Virus record (IMG/VR): IMGVR_UViG_3300010201_000015
Coordinates: 1-28,801 of that record
Direction: 5' to 3' (one strand)
Length of the DNA stretch: 28,801 bases
From: a virus
Lineage: Duplodnaviria > Caudoviricetes
Shown: positions 8,420-16,364 of the stretch, piece by piece
Numbering within the stretch: the stretch's first letter is position 1
Layout of the letters: every line of letters begins with the position of its first letter
The notes under the pieces: generated by a model
The model's database searches: none
Told to the model about the DNA's origin: nothing
What the model saw: the letters and a program-made list of their open reading frames with translations, nothing else
Made by a program: the position numbers and the translations under genes

Positions 8420-11400
8420 TTATTTCTTAGCCTTAATAATAAGATTATTAACTACTATCTCTTTATCAGTTGTCACGCCCCCATATTGATACAAAACGCC
8501 TTTAAATGTCTTAGGTACTTTTGCCTGAACCCAGCTTTTACCATTGTCATACGATACGGCGATGTGTCCTTGTTGACCTATATATAGCATAACACCTAAT
8601 ATCTCCTTAAAAAGATAGCATACTTCGGGTGACTCCAATACGCATTCATATAGCCCCTGATTATCAGCGTCTGTCAGCTTTCCTTTGAAGACTCCATTAG
8701 AAGACCGTTTAAATGTATCTGTACGTCCTTCTGGTAATGAGACATTGGGGAGTGGGGTATATTCGTTATCGACTCCTATAAATACCGTGTTATCTTTATC
8801 TTGCCTCAATATTACCCCTAATGGGCGTTGTATGGATTCTGGCAAACTGTTTATACGAATCAAATTCAGATTATCCCACGGATAAAAACGAGCAAAACTG
8901 TCAGATTCAATGATTGACAAATAAAGTATCCATCCATTAGGATAACCTTCCCCGAAACCTATTGCGTAACCATCCTTACACTTATTGATAGAATGAAGGT
9001 GACGACAACAAAGATTATTATCTGGATTATGCGGGCAATCCATCAGATCAAAGGTTGTAGAACTTACAATCTTAATCTTGAAAATTTGTGAACCGCCTAT
9101 CATATCTGTATAGTCTGTATTTACAAGAAAATCCCAATCACCACCTGTTAATTTATCGAAGACTATAACATCACCATTATCAAGAGCGTGAGCACTTGCA
9201 GTAGTTATTCTGATACTATCAGTTAATGGAGCTATAGACTGTATTTGAACTTGAGGTTCGTATGTGAATTTTTTTGTCTTTTCAGGCTCTTTATTCACAT
9301 CAGAAGGCGTATAACTAATACGTCTGCGATATGCATATTGCCCCGACGATGCAGCCGCTATACCCGATACTTTTAGAGGATAAGTCCAATTAGAAATTGG
9401 CGATAATATATTAGCATTGTTTGATTTGAATAATCTACTATTTGCCCCCATTTCGTAACGACAGAACCAGTTACGACCGCCATCGTTTGATATAAAGAAA
9501 CAAATTCGACAACCCACTAATACGTTGTCTCGATATGTCCCCAATACCGTCATTTTCTCGGATGTCTCAAAGCCACCCATAAAAAAGAAAGGGTTACAAT
9601 TAACGTCATTCCTATTCGGTTGGAAGAAACGACCAAATGTTACGTTTTGACCAGACGCATTTACTTTCGTAATAGTTGCAGAAAAACCGCCGTTACCATA
9701 TCCGTTATCTTGTGATATTGCCGGGTGCATTTCGTATGCTAAATCAGGGAGCATAGGGTTATAATAATACTTTCCTGTATTAATCAGCGTTAAATCACTC
9801 CCTGTATTTGTTTTTACAGGCGTTTTTCGGGTTTCAAGCTCCCATATACAAGATTCATCAAATAAATATTCATCACCGGCAACGACTGTACCGTCAGTTG
9901 TAGTATTACGACTAGGATAGTTATGATATATTTGTCCTTTATCTGTAATAACGATGAGTCTCCATTCATTACCCGCATAGGCTGTTGTAGCATTCCTGCT
10001 CCAGTATACGAACTGAGCTTGTAATATCTTTGAACCATCAATCAGGTTTGGAAAATTAGTACTATTAAAAGCTATTTCCTTCTTAGTGCCTGTTAGCCCT
10101 GTAGTACTTAAATATAAAGTTGTATTAGCAACAGAAACCCACACCGCTAAATTTTCTTTTACAGACTTAAGATACATAGTCGTATCATCATAGCAAAGTA
10201 TGTCGAGTTCATCACTGTTAAATAATGGCTTGAAATTCCAGTTACCTGACAATGGGTATAAAAGAGCGTAAATATCGGGTGGTAGCGGGTCAGTTGATAG
10301 TTCTATTAGTATATCAATTCCTGTTGTAGTAGTAATGCCTCCATTTATACTTACATAATTTGATGCATCAAAATAGTATACAGTAACACCTTTCTTTGCT
10401 GTGATCGTTCCTCTAGGCACAACTATACGATCTGATGTCACCAAACGCTCAAAATAGTTGGCATTAGCTAACGCATCCGAAAAAGCATATCCTTTCGGTG
10501 TACACTTAAAGGCGAGTGTCGATATATCGTTTTTTGAGTTTACGATAATTTTCCCTGTTCTATATTGTTTTCCTATTTCATAGGTTGCAGCATCACCAAC
10601 AGGTGTTGTACGATCTTTATAATAGTAATCTTTGGTATAAGATATCTCATCGTAATTTATAGCATCGGTGGTTAATTTATAGCTAAGGTTTAAAGAGCCT
10701 GTAGCGTTAGCTTTTCCAACTCCGAACTGAGAAAACAACGAAACATCTACCAACAATATATGCAGCCCATTTGTAGATAATGTGTAATCATCAAGCTTCA
10801 CGAGCCCTTTTGATGTTTTTTTATAAACATCCAGTGGACTTGCTGTTGTAATACCTGTATTGGTTAACCATCCGAATAAATCAAGAACAACAGCACCTGA
10901 AATTGTTACTTCAAGTTGCAATGTCCGATAATCTAAGCAATCTATCTTATTAACAGATGGAGTAACAACATCTACCTGACTTGTAAATAATGATATACGA
11001 GTACTTGATGCACCTTTTACACTTAATACACTAGATGATATGCTGTTCTTTATTGCATTATAAGCTTCTAAGCCTCTCATTGTCTGGTCTAGTGTATATG
11101 ATAGTGTACATGCCCCTGCTGTAGTTGTCTTACCGATAGTTAATTTGCTAAACCTTGATACATCAATCAAATACGTTCTTGACAATCCTGTAAGTACACT
11201 AAATGACGTTAATATTTTAGGTGTAAAATCTGTTATATCTATTACCGGGATATTACCTTGATAACGCGAGTAGGTATTATCCGTATACCATCCTATAAGC
11301 AATAATTGCGATGCTGCCGTAAGGCTAGATGCTGTTATCTGTATTGTATTGAAATTAGACACATCAATAGCCAATGCTATATTCGTTGCATCTACTATAG

Positions 11401-11479
11401 CTGTTTGTCCGTCAAAATGTCGTATCTTGTTTGCTTCAAGACCTCTTGTTACTAACCTGTTACTATCGAATATTCCCAT
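8420..11479 (-). CDS. Putative receptor-binding/tailspike protein with Asp-box (BNR) beta-propeller
   Basis: 1019 aa at the end of the tail module. Asp-boxes ISNDGGRNW and VSYDNGKSW; repeated N-terminal beta domains. Confidence 0.65.
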   Translation of the reverse strand: MGIFDSNRLVTRGLEANKIRHFDGQTAIVDATNIALAIDVSNFNTIQITASSLTAASQLLLIGWYTDNTYSRYQGNIPVIDITDFTPKILTSFSVLTGLSRTYLIDVSRFSKLTIGKTTTAGACTLSYTLDQTMRGLEAYNAIKNSISSSVLSVKGASSTRISLFTSQVDVVTPSVNKIDCLDYRTLQLEVTISGAVVLDLFGWLTNTGITTASPLDVYKKTSKGLVKLDDYTLSTNGLHILLVDVSLFSQFGVGKANATGSLNLSYKLTTDAINYDEISYTKDYYYKDRTTPVGDAATYEIGKQYRTGKIIVNSKNDISTLAFKCTPKGYAFSDALANANYFERLVTSDRIVVPRGTITAKKGVTVYYFDASNYVSINGGITTTTGIDILIELSTDPLPPDIYALLYPLSGNWNFKPLFNSDELDILCYDDTTMYLKSVKENLAVWVSVANTTLYLSTTGLTGTKKEIAFNSTNFPNLIDGSKILQAQFVYWSRNATTAYAGNEWRLIVITDKGQIYHNYPSRNTTTDGTVVAGDEYLFDESCIWELETRKTPVKTNTGSDLTLINTGKYYYNPMLPDLAYEMHPAISQDNGYGNGGFSATITKVNASGQNVTFGRFFQPNRNDVNCNPFFFMGGFETSEKMTVLGTYRDNVLVGCRICFFISNDGGRNWFCRYEMGANSRLFKSNNANILSPISNWTYPLKVSGIAAASSGQYAYRRRISYTPSDVNKEPEKTKKFTYEPQVQIQSIAPLTDSIRITTASAHALDNGDVIVFDKLTGGDWDFLVNTDYTDMIGGSQIFKIKIVSSTTFDLMDCPHNPDNNLCCRHLHSINKCKDGYAIGFGEGYPNGWILYLSIIESDSFARFYPWDNLNLIRINSLPESIQRPLGVILRQDKDNTVFIGVDNEYTPLPNVSLPEGRTDTFKRSSNGVFKGKLTDADNQGLYECVLESPEVCYLFKEILGVMLYIGQQGHIAVSYDNGKSWVQAKVPKTFKGVLYQYGGVTTDKEIVVNNLIIKAKK

Positions 11480-11480
11480 G

Positions 11481-12587
11481 TTATGCTATATTTGCGAATG
11501 TTATACTTTGAGTTAATATATTACCGTCTGTGTCTCTTGTGAGGATAATTGTTATTCTTCTCTTTTGTTCGTTGTGATTTGCGCCTAATGTGGTTATCAA
11601 TCCGTCAGAATTACGAGTAAAGTTTATAGTTCCTGTGCCTCCGTCTGGATATTGGACATCAATAGTTGAATTAAGTAATCCATCTGTATATGTTGGTGTC
11701 GATGTCAGTTTAAAACTTTCGCTTAATACCCATCCTTCTAATTTCTCATCTATGGTAACATCCGATTTAAAAACGGTTGCACCACCATTTAAATCCGCAC
11801 TTACTACTTGCCTGAATGGAACATACGGAGAAGGCATTACTGTTCCTGTGACAATCATTGAAATATCTTTGTTTGTCATAGGTAGCATCATGCGCATATA
11901 TACAGCTCCACTCACCTTGTTTACGGTAATGTTAAGTTCTGTGCTTCCTGATGAAGTGATATTATAACTACCAGCAACAAACTTTCCTGCAGCATCATAT
12001 TGACAACTTAGACGGTATCTCTGACATAGTAGTGATGTTTCACCGTCCCATCTAATAAGATGTGTTACGTACCACCCTGTACTAGCTATTATGTTTCCGC
12101 TAGTATCCAAACCTTTGTTGAATCCATCTGTATAGTTTGGATTAAGCCTATTCGTTCCGTATTGGAGCTTAATGCCATTCTGTGTAATATCGGTATCTAA
12201 TTGTGCGCCCGTCTTGGTTGTACCGCCTGTTCGCATGGCATCAGATGGTACAATATCACCTATATCTACCCACTTGTTAGGATCATAAGGATTTGTTTCA
12301 GAAATTACGTCATTATATTTCCAGTAATGACCTGTATCCGTTGCTTTGTACGTGTCTCCTTTTTTAGGTGTGGTAATATCTGATTTTATAGCAGCTACAT
12401 TTGCTTTTGACCCAAGAAGGTTTGTACCAACTACAGTGTCTTGCAGTTCGTTTTTCGTAGCTAGCGTATCGAGGGATACTTTTGATGTCCTTCCTGATTT
12501 ATAGCCTATTGCTTCAAACCCTGATGGTGAATCCTCTGTCGGTAATTGAGGTATTTGTACACCGTTTATATTTATATTATCTGCCAT
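11481..12587 (-). CDS. Minor tail / fibre-adaptor protein
   Basis: Gly/Thr/Ser-rich 368 aa between the Dit-like gene and the tailspike, with 1-nt gaps on both sides. Confidence 0.6.
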   Translation of the reverse strand: MADNININGVQIPQLPTEDSPSGFEAIGYKSGRTSKVSLDTLATKNELQDTVVGTNLLGSKANVAAIKSDITTPKKGDTYKATDTGHYWKYNDVISETNPYDPNKWVDIGDIVPSDAMRTGGTTKTGAQLDTDITQNGIKLQYGTNRLNPNYTDGFNKGLDTSGNIIASTGWYVTHLIRWDGETSLLCQRYRLSCQYDAAGKFVAGSYNITSSGSTELNITVNKVSGAVYMRMMLPMTNKDISMIVTGTVMPSPYVPFRQVVSADLNGGATVFKSDVTIDEKLEGWVLSESFKLTSTPTYTDGLLNSTIDVQYPDGGTGTINFTRNSDGLITTLGANHNEQKRRITIILTRDTDGNILTQSITFANIA

Positions 12588-12588
12588 C

Positions 12589-13068
12589 TTAAACTATAAT
12601 AGTTTCGTTATTATCAGTCAATAAAAGCTCTTCGTTCTCTGTAACCAGGACATCATAAGTTATCGTTTCTCCCAAAGGCTCTGTGAATCGAACAGCTACT
12701 TTTCCATCTGTAAAGCCTATACCCATATCAAGGCTTTGCGGATCTTCCATATACAGAAAGTAAGTTTCATCTATTGATGTCACAGCAAGCTTAATTTGTC
12801 CGTTACTTATTTCGTTCTTGAAGTCTTTATACTTTGTCAAATATTCACTTCTCGAAGAGCAAGTAATGTCGAAAATCAATATAATTTGCCTGCTGTTTTT
12901 CCTTGGATTTGTTATGAAAACTTGTTTCCCATCTTGAGAACGAGACTCATTTTCTATATATGACTTCATAGGATATGGAGAAAGTAGATTTTCATAAGAG
13001 TTATCCGCTAACTTCACATTCCATGTAGACCATGCGTCTTTGTCATTTATAAATAATTCGCCTGTCAT
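12589..13068 (-). CDS. Distal tail (Dit)-like protein
   Basis: MTGELFINDKDAWSTW...YIENESRSQDGKQV...VRFTEP pattern typical of Bacteroidota siphophage small tail proteins. Confidence 0.65.
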   Translation of the reverse strand: MTGELFINDKDAWSTWNVKLADNSYENLLSPYPMKSYIENESRSQDGKQVFITNPRKNSRQIILIFDITCSSRSEYLTKYKDFKNEISNGQIKLAVTSIDETYFLYMEDPQSLDMGIGFTDGKVAVRFTEPLGETITYDVLVTENEELLLTDNNETIIV

Positions 13069-13081
13069 TATTTTTTTATTT

Positions 13082-13139
13082 TAAAGTTACTTATAGCTTA
13101 AAAACCTATTATCGTTATATTCCTATACAAGTAAACAGT
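13082..13139 (-). promoter_or_regulatory. Candidate phage late promoter, copy A
   Basis: Minus strand ACTGTTTA (13139-13132), N41, GTAACTTTA (13090-13082), upstream of the ATG at 13068. Confidence 0.65.
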
Positions 13140-13145
13140 ACGCAT

Positions 13146-13472
13146 TTAGTTTGTATATAAGTATTTAACCCATGAAAACAGCTTCCTTTTACTTAGATAT
13201 TCATAGTTAAGTTGATTTATATATGCTTCTCGCTCGAATGAAATGTTATAGTAGGCTAACATCTTATCCCGGTACTGAATGAGTCTTATTATCCATTCTA
13301 TACCATACCACAAGTAAAAGAATATCCAAAGCATTTCATTTCCTTGTCTGATATGTATTGCTTCGTGATTCTTACTTTTTTCATTAAGTTCTTTCCTTGC
13401 GAATACAACCCCAAATAGCGTAATAGCTATAAACCCCTTCGGAGGTATCAACTTATTTTGTACTATCCTCAT
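13146..13472 (-). CDS. Small HExxH (zincin-like) membrane-associated phage protein
   Basis: NHEAIHIRQ, hydrophobic WIFFYLWYGIEW and downstream ISFEREAY. Confidence 0.8.
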   Translation of the reverse strand: MRIVQNKLIPPKGFIAITLFGVVFARKELNEKSKNHEAIHIRQGNEMLWIFFYLWYGIEWIIRLIQYRDKMLAYYNISFEREAYINQLNYEYLSKRKLFSWVKYLYTN

Positions 13473-13482
13473 GTTTTTGATT

Positions 13483-13540
13483 TAAAGATACAGGCACTAA
13501 AAAAGCCTACCATGTTATTAGTAGGCTTTGGGTAAATAGT
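13483..13540 (-). promoter_or_regulatory. Candidate phage late promoter, copy B
   Basis: Minus strand ACTATTTA (13540-13533), N41, GTATCTTTA (13491-13483), upstream of the ATG at 13472. Confidence 0.6.
13499..13529 (-). terminator. Intrinsic terminator-like hairpin
   Basis: Minus strand AAAGCCTAC-taataacatg-GTAGGCTTT, running into a T6 tract. Confidence 0.65.
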
Positions 13541-13807
13541 ATTTAAGTTATTTGCTATATACTATTATTGGTCTTTATTTGTTATATTATAATTAGATAT
13601 TTATCTAATACTGAACAAATATATGATATATACGTTTTTATTATATATTTATAAATAATGTTATCTTGATATTATTTTTAAACATTTATGGTTGTTTATA
13701 TTTATATTTTTACTTATTTTGCAGTCCTGAATAAAATATGAAGCTATTTACGAACAAGAAAAGAGGGAGATTTGCGCCGTTAATTAAAGCAATAAAAGCA
13801 TAAAACT

Positions 13808-13975
13808 ATGGGAGCAATCACATCAAAAATTCAATTAAAATCAAGGATAAACAGCATGGATGCTACTAAGCATTCTAAAAAAACTACATCTACAAATCAA
13901 ACATTCAAATTCAGACCGGTAACAGAAGAAGAAAGAGAAAGACTGAGAGTAGATGTGTACAAATATATCCTTTAA
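13808..13975 (+). CDS. Small basic protein (55 aa) not in the supplied ORF track
   Basis: Hand translation: MGAITSKIQLKSRINSMDATKHSKKTTSTNQTFKFRPVTEEERERLRVDVYKYIL. A-rich leader; overlaps the next ORF by 23 nt. Confidence 0.65.
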   Translation: MGAITSKIQLKSRINSMDATKHSKKTTSTNQTFKFRPVTEEERERLRVDVYKYIL

Positions 13976-14522
13976 TCATTTTAAATATAGATTTGTTCAG
14001 AATATAAAAGGCACAGATAGTTCTGTGCCCAAAATATTATATAGATTTAAATCTGACATAACACATCAAGTTTATTTAGTCTGGGTTGAAATACATCCTT
14101 ATAATTTATATGCTATTAAATTTCATTTAAAAAGAGATTTAGGGTCTAAATTTAAGTACAATAAACTTACAGGTCTTAATGAAGCTAGACCAATTGTAAG
14201 AACATGTATAGCTATAATGCTAGATATTCATTCAAAAAATAATAAATCTTCATTTGGGTTTATAGGTTCAAATATAATATGCGATAGGAGGATTAATAAT
14301 AAAACAATATCGATACATGAGCCTGAGGCAAAAACAAAGAGATACAACTTTTATTCTCGTATGATGCTTACATACTTCTCTGGAAATATTTTTCAACATG
14401 AAGTTATAGAAGAGAAAAGTGCGTATATTATGCTTAGAAAAACAGAATATGAAAAAGATAGTGATATCTTAAATAGAATAACAGATTATTTTCAATGCAA
14501 TTTTGATATTATACATAATTAA
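13953..14522 (+). CDS. Hypothetical protein (189 aa)
   Basis: Long ORF in AT-rich DNA followed by a terminator; SFGFIGSN and TKRYNFY segments. Confidence 0.8.
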   Translation: MCTNISFNHFKYRFVQNIKGTDSSVPKILYRFKSDITHQVYLVWVEIHPYNLYAIKFHLKRDLGSKFKYNKLTGLNEARPIVRTCIAIMLDIHSKNNKSSFGFIGSNIICDRRINNKTISIHEPEAKTKRYNFYSRMMLTYFSGNIFQHEVIEEKSAYIMLRKTEYEKDSDILNRITDYFQCNFDIIHN

Positions 14523-14528
14523 ATATTT

Positions 14529-14552
14529 AATCGGGCACCGCTCGATTTTTTT
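14529..14552 (+). terminator. Intrinsic terminator after the 55 aa/189 aa pair
   Basis: AATCGGGC-ACC-GCTCGATT followed by a T-run, just after the stop codon. Confidence 0.65.
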
Positions 14553-14642
14553 ATTTTAATTCATATAAAAAATTATCTCTGAGTTATAGGATAATAAAAG
14601 TTAATTAATATATTTAACAAATTATTTAAATCTTATCATACT

Positions 14643-15551
14643 ATGACAAAAGATTCTCTATTAAAAGCAACTCATGGATCAGATAAAACACCATTAAGAT
14701 TAGGAGAATTGGAAATACCGTGTTATGTACTTGAAGATGGAACTCGTGTTTTCTCCGGGCGAGGTATTCAAAAAGCGTTAGGTAAATCTTCAAGGTCAGC
14801 TGGATCATGGCTTTCAAAATATACTAACAATTCCGAAATATCACCATTCTTAGAATCCGGGGTTATCGACCAAATAAATAACCCTATTAAGTTTAAAAGA
14901 CCTAACGCAAGTGGCTCTCAATCAGAGACAAATGGGTATGAGGTTACAATATTAATAGATATTTGCGACGCCATTTTAGAGGCTAAAAAGTCCGGGGAAA
15001 ATGTTGATCCTACACTTGTAATCAATGCAAATACTATAATAAGAGCTGTAGCAAAAGTTGGTATTATTGCTCTTGTTGATGAAGTAACAGGATACCAATA
15101 TGAGAGAGAGAAGGATGCTCTACAAATTATTTTAAAAGCCTATATAGCTGATGAATTATTAAAATGGCAAAGGATGTTTCCTGATACCTTTTATTTTGAA
15201 ATATTCAGACTCAATGGATGGGATTATACTGTTAATGGGATCAAAAAAAGACCGGGTGTAATCGGAACATGGACAAACGAATTAATATATAAACAGTTGC
15301 CTAAGGGAGTCCTCGATGAATTGAAAGTTAAAACTCCAAAAAGCAAAGAAGGTAATTATACTGCAAGATTTTTTCAAAGCCTTACCCCTGATATTGGCCA
15401 TCCAGCACTTACAGCCCAAATATATAAAGTTATTGGTATAATGAATATATCTAGGAACTGGACAGAGTTTAAGTCTAATTTTAATCGTATGGTTGATCGT
15501 AATAATGGACAAACAGAGATCGACTTTGATTCTTTTAATATTGATGAATAA
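14643..15551 (+). CDS. P63C-domain protein (phage regulatory/DNA-binding-associated)
   Basis: IPCYVLEDGTRVFSGRG, VGIIALVDEVTGYQYER, WQRMFPDTFYFEIFRL and RPGVIGTWTNELIY motifs. Confidence 0.85.
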   Translation: MTKDSLLKATHGSDKTPLRLGELEIPCYVLEDGTRVFSGRGIQKALGKSSRSAGSWLSKYTNNSEISPFLESGVIDQINNPIKFKRPNASGSQSETNGYEVTILIDICDAILEAKKSGENVDPTLVINANTIIRAVAKVGIIALVDEVTGYQYEREKDALQIILKAYIADELLKWQRMFPDTFYFEIFRLNGWDYTVNGIKKRPGVIGTWTNELIYKQLPKGVLDELKVKTPKSKEGNYTARFFQSLTPDIGHPALTAQIYKVIGIMNISRNWTEFKSNFNRMVDRNNGQTEIDFDSFNIDE

Positions 15552-15555
15552 TTTG

Positions 15556-15563
15556 TAGTTTTG
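15556..15563 (+). promoter_or_regulatory. Possible -7 promoter box for the lipoprotein pair
   Basis: TAGTTTTG matches TAnnTTTG, 23 nt before the ATG at 15587. No correctly spaced -33 TTTG. Confidence 0.45.
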
Positions 15564-15586
15564 TGGATTAACTTAAATTTTACGAT

Positions 15587-15952
15587 ATGAAAAAATATTT
15601 ATTCCTTATTTTATTTATTGCTGTTTTTACTTCTTGCGCATTACCGAAAATACATATGACTAGTTATTCTGTTGATCTTTCAAAGTATAATAAAGAAGGA
15701 TTTTATATAACAGAAAGTAACTCCGTAAATTTTGAATACGATCCTATATGTCTTATGGGAACTCAAGGAGGTGGAAAGCAATATGATAAAAATAAAATAG
15801 TGAAATTAGAACTTGAAAGCGTTTTTGATAAATTCGTTAATGACTGTAAATCTAAAGGCGCAAACGCAGTTATTAATATAAAAATTATTCAAAATTATAG
15901 TAGCACCGAGAACACATTTTATATATCAGGCATGGCTGTAAAAAGAAAATAA
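15587..15952 (+). CDS. Lipoprotein, YbjQ-like fold
   Basis: Signal peptide ending VFTSC; C-terminal KSKGANAVINIKI...ISGMAVK. Confidence 0.75.
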   Translation: MKKYLFLILFIAVFTSCALPKIHMTSYSVDLSKYNKEGFYITESNSVNFEYDPICLMGTQGGGKQYDKNKIVKLELESVFDKFVNDCKSKGANAVINIKIIQNYSSTENTFYISGMAVKRK

Positions 15953-15956
15953 CATT

Positions 15957-16364
15957 ATGAAGAAACTTATATACTTATTACTTATAATTCCGTTCCTTAT
16001 ATCGTGTTCAAGTGATGAGAATACGGAAATACAAGATTATACCAGTTTTGTAGTGTATCATAATATAGATGTTATATTCCCTAACTGTATTGCAGGGTAC
16101 AAGAAGGATGGTAAATTTATAAAAATAGCTGATCTAGGAGACCTTTCTAAAGGTAAACAATCTCCTAATATAATAATAAATAATAACTCAATTAATGAAA
16201 TATTTATATTCTCGGACTATTTACCAAATGCAACTAAAGTAAGTATTATGTTTGATTATGTTTATAAAATAACAAGTAATAAGTATAATAAAATTGAGAT
16301 AAAATCAAATATTAAGGGTATTGAGGTAACCGATAAGACTGACCCTTCACAATACCCTCAATAA
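15957..16364 (+). CDS. Lipoprotein, probably surface-exposed
   Basis: Signal peptide ending FLISC followed by acidic SSDENTE, resembling the Bacteroidota lipoprotein export signal. Confidence 0.8.
   Translation: MKKLIYLLLIIPFLISCSSDENTEIQDYTSFVVYHNIDVIFPNCIAGYKKDGKFIKIADLGDLSKGKQSPNIIINNNSINEIFIFSDYLPNATKVSIMFDYVYKITSNKYNKIEIKSNIKGIEVTDKTDPSQYPQ

Noticed and set aside
1319-12383. Short alternative-frame or antisense ORFs (e.g. 1319-1507, 2565-2852, 3891-4184, 5750-6034, 7599-7928, 9814-10041, 11590-11967)
   Set aside because: They overlap well-supported genes, many use non-ATG starts, and none has a recognisable motif.
8420-12587. Diversity-generating retroelement or invertible tail-fibre shufflon
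   Set aside because: No reverse transcriptase, TR/VR pair or inverted crossover repeats seen by eye.
13711-13723. TTATTTTGCA as the -7 box of the accessory island
   Set aside because: Does not fit TAnnTTTG spacing; plausible but unsupported.
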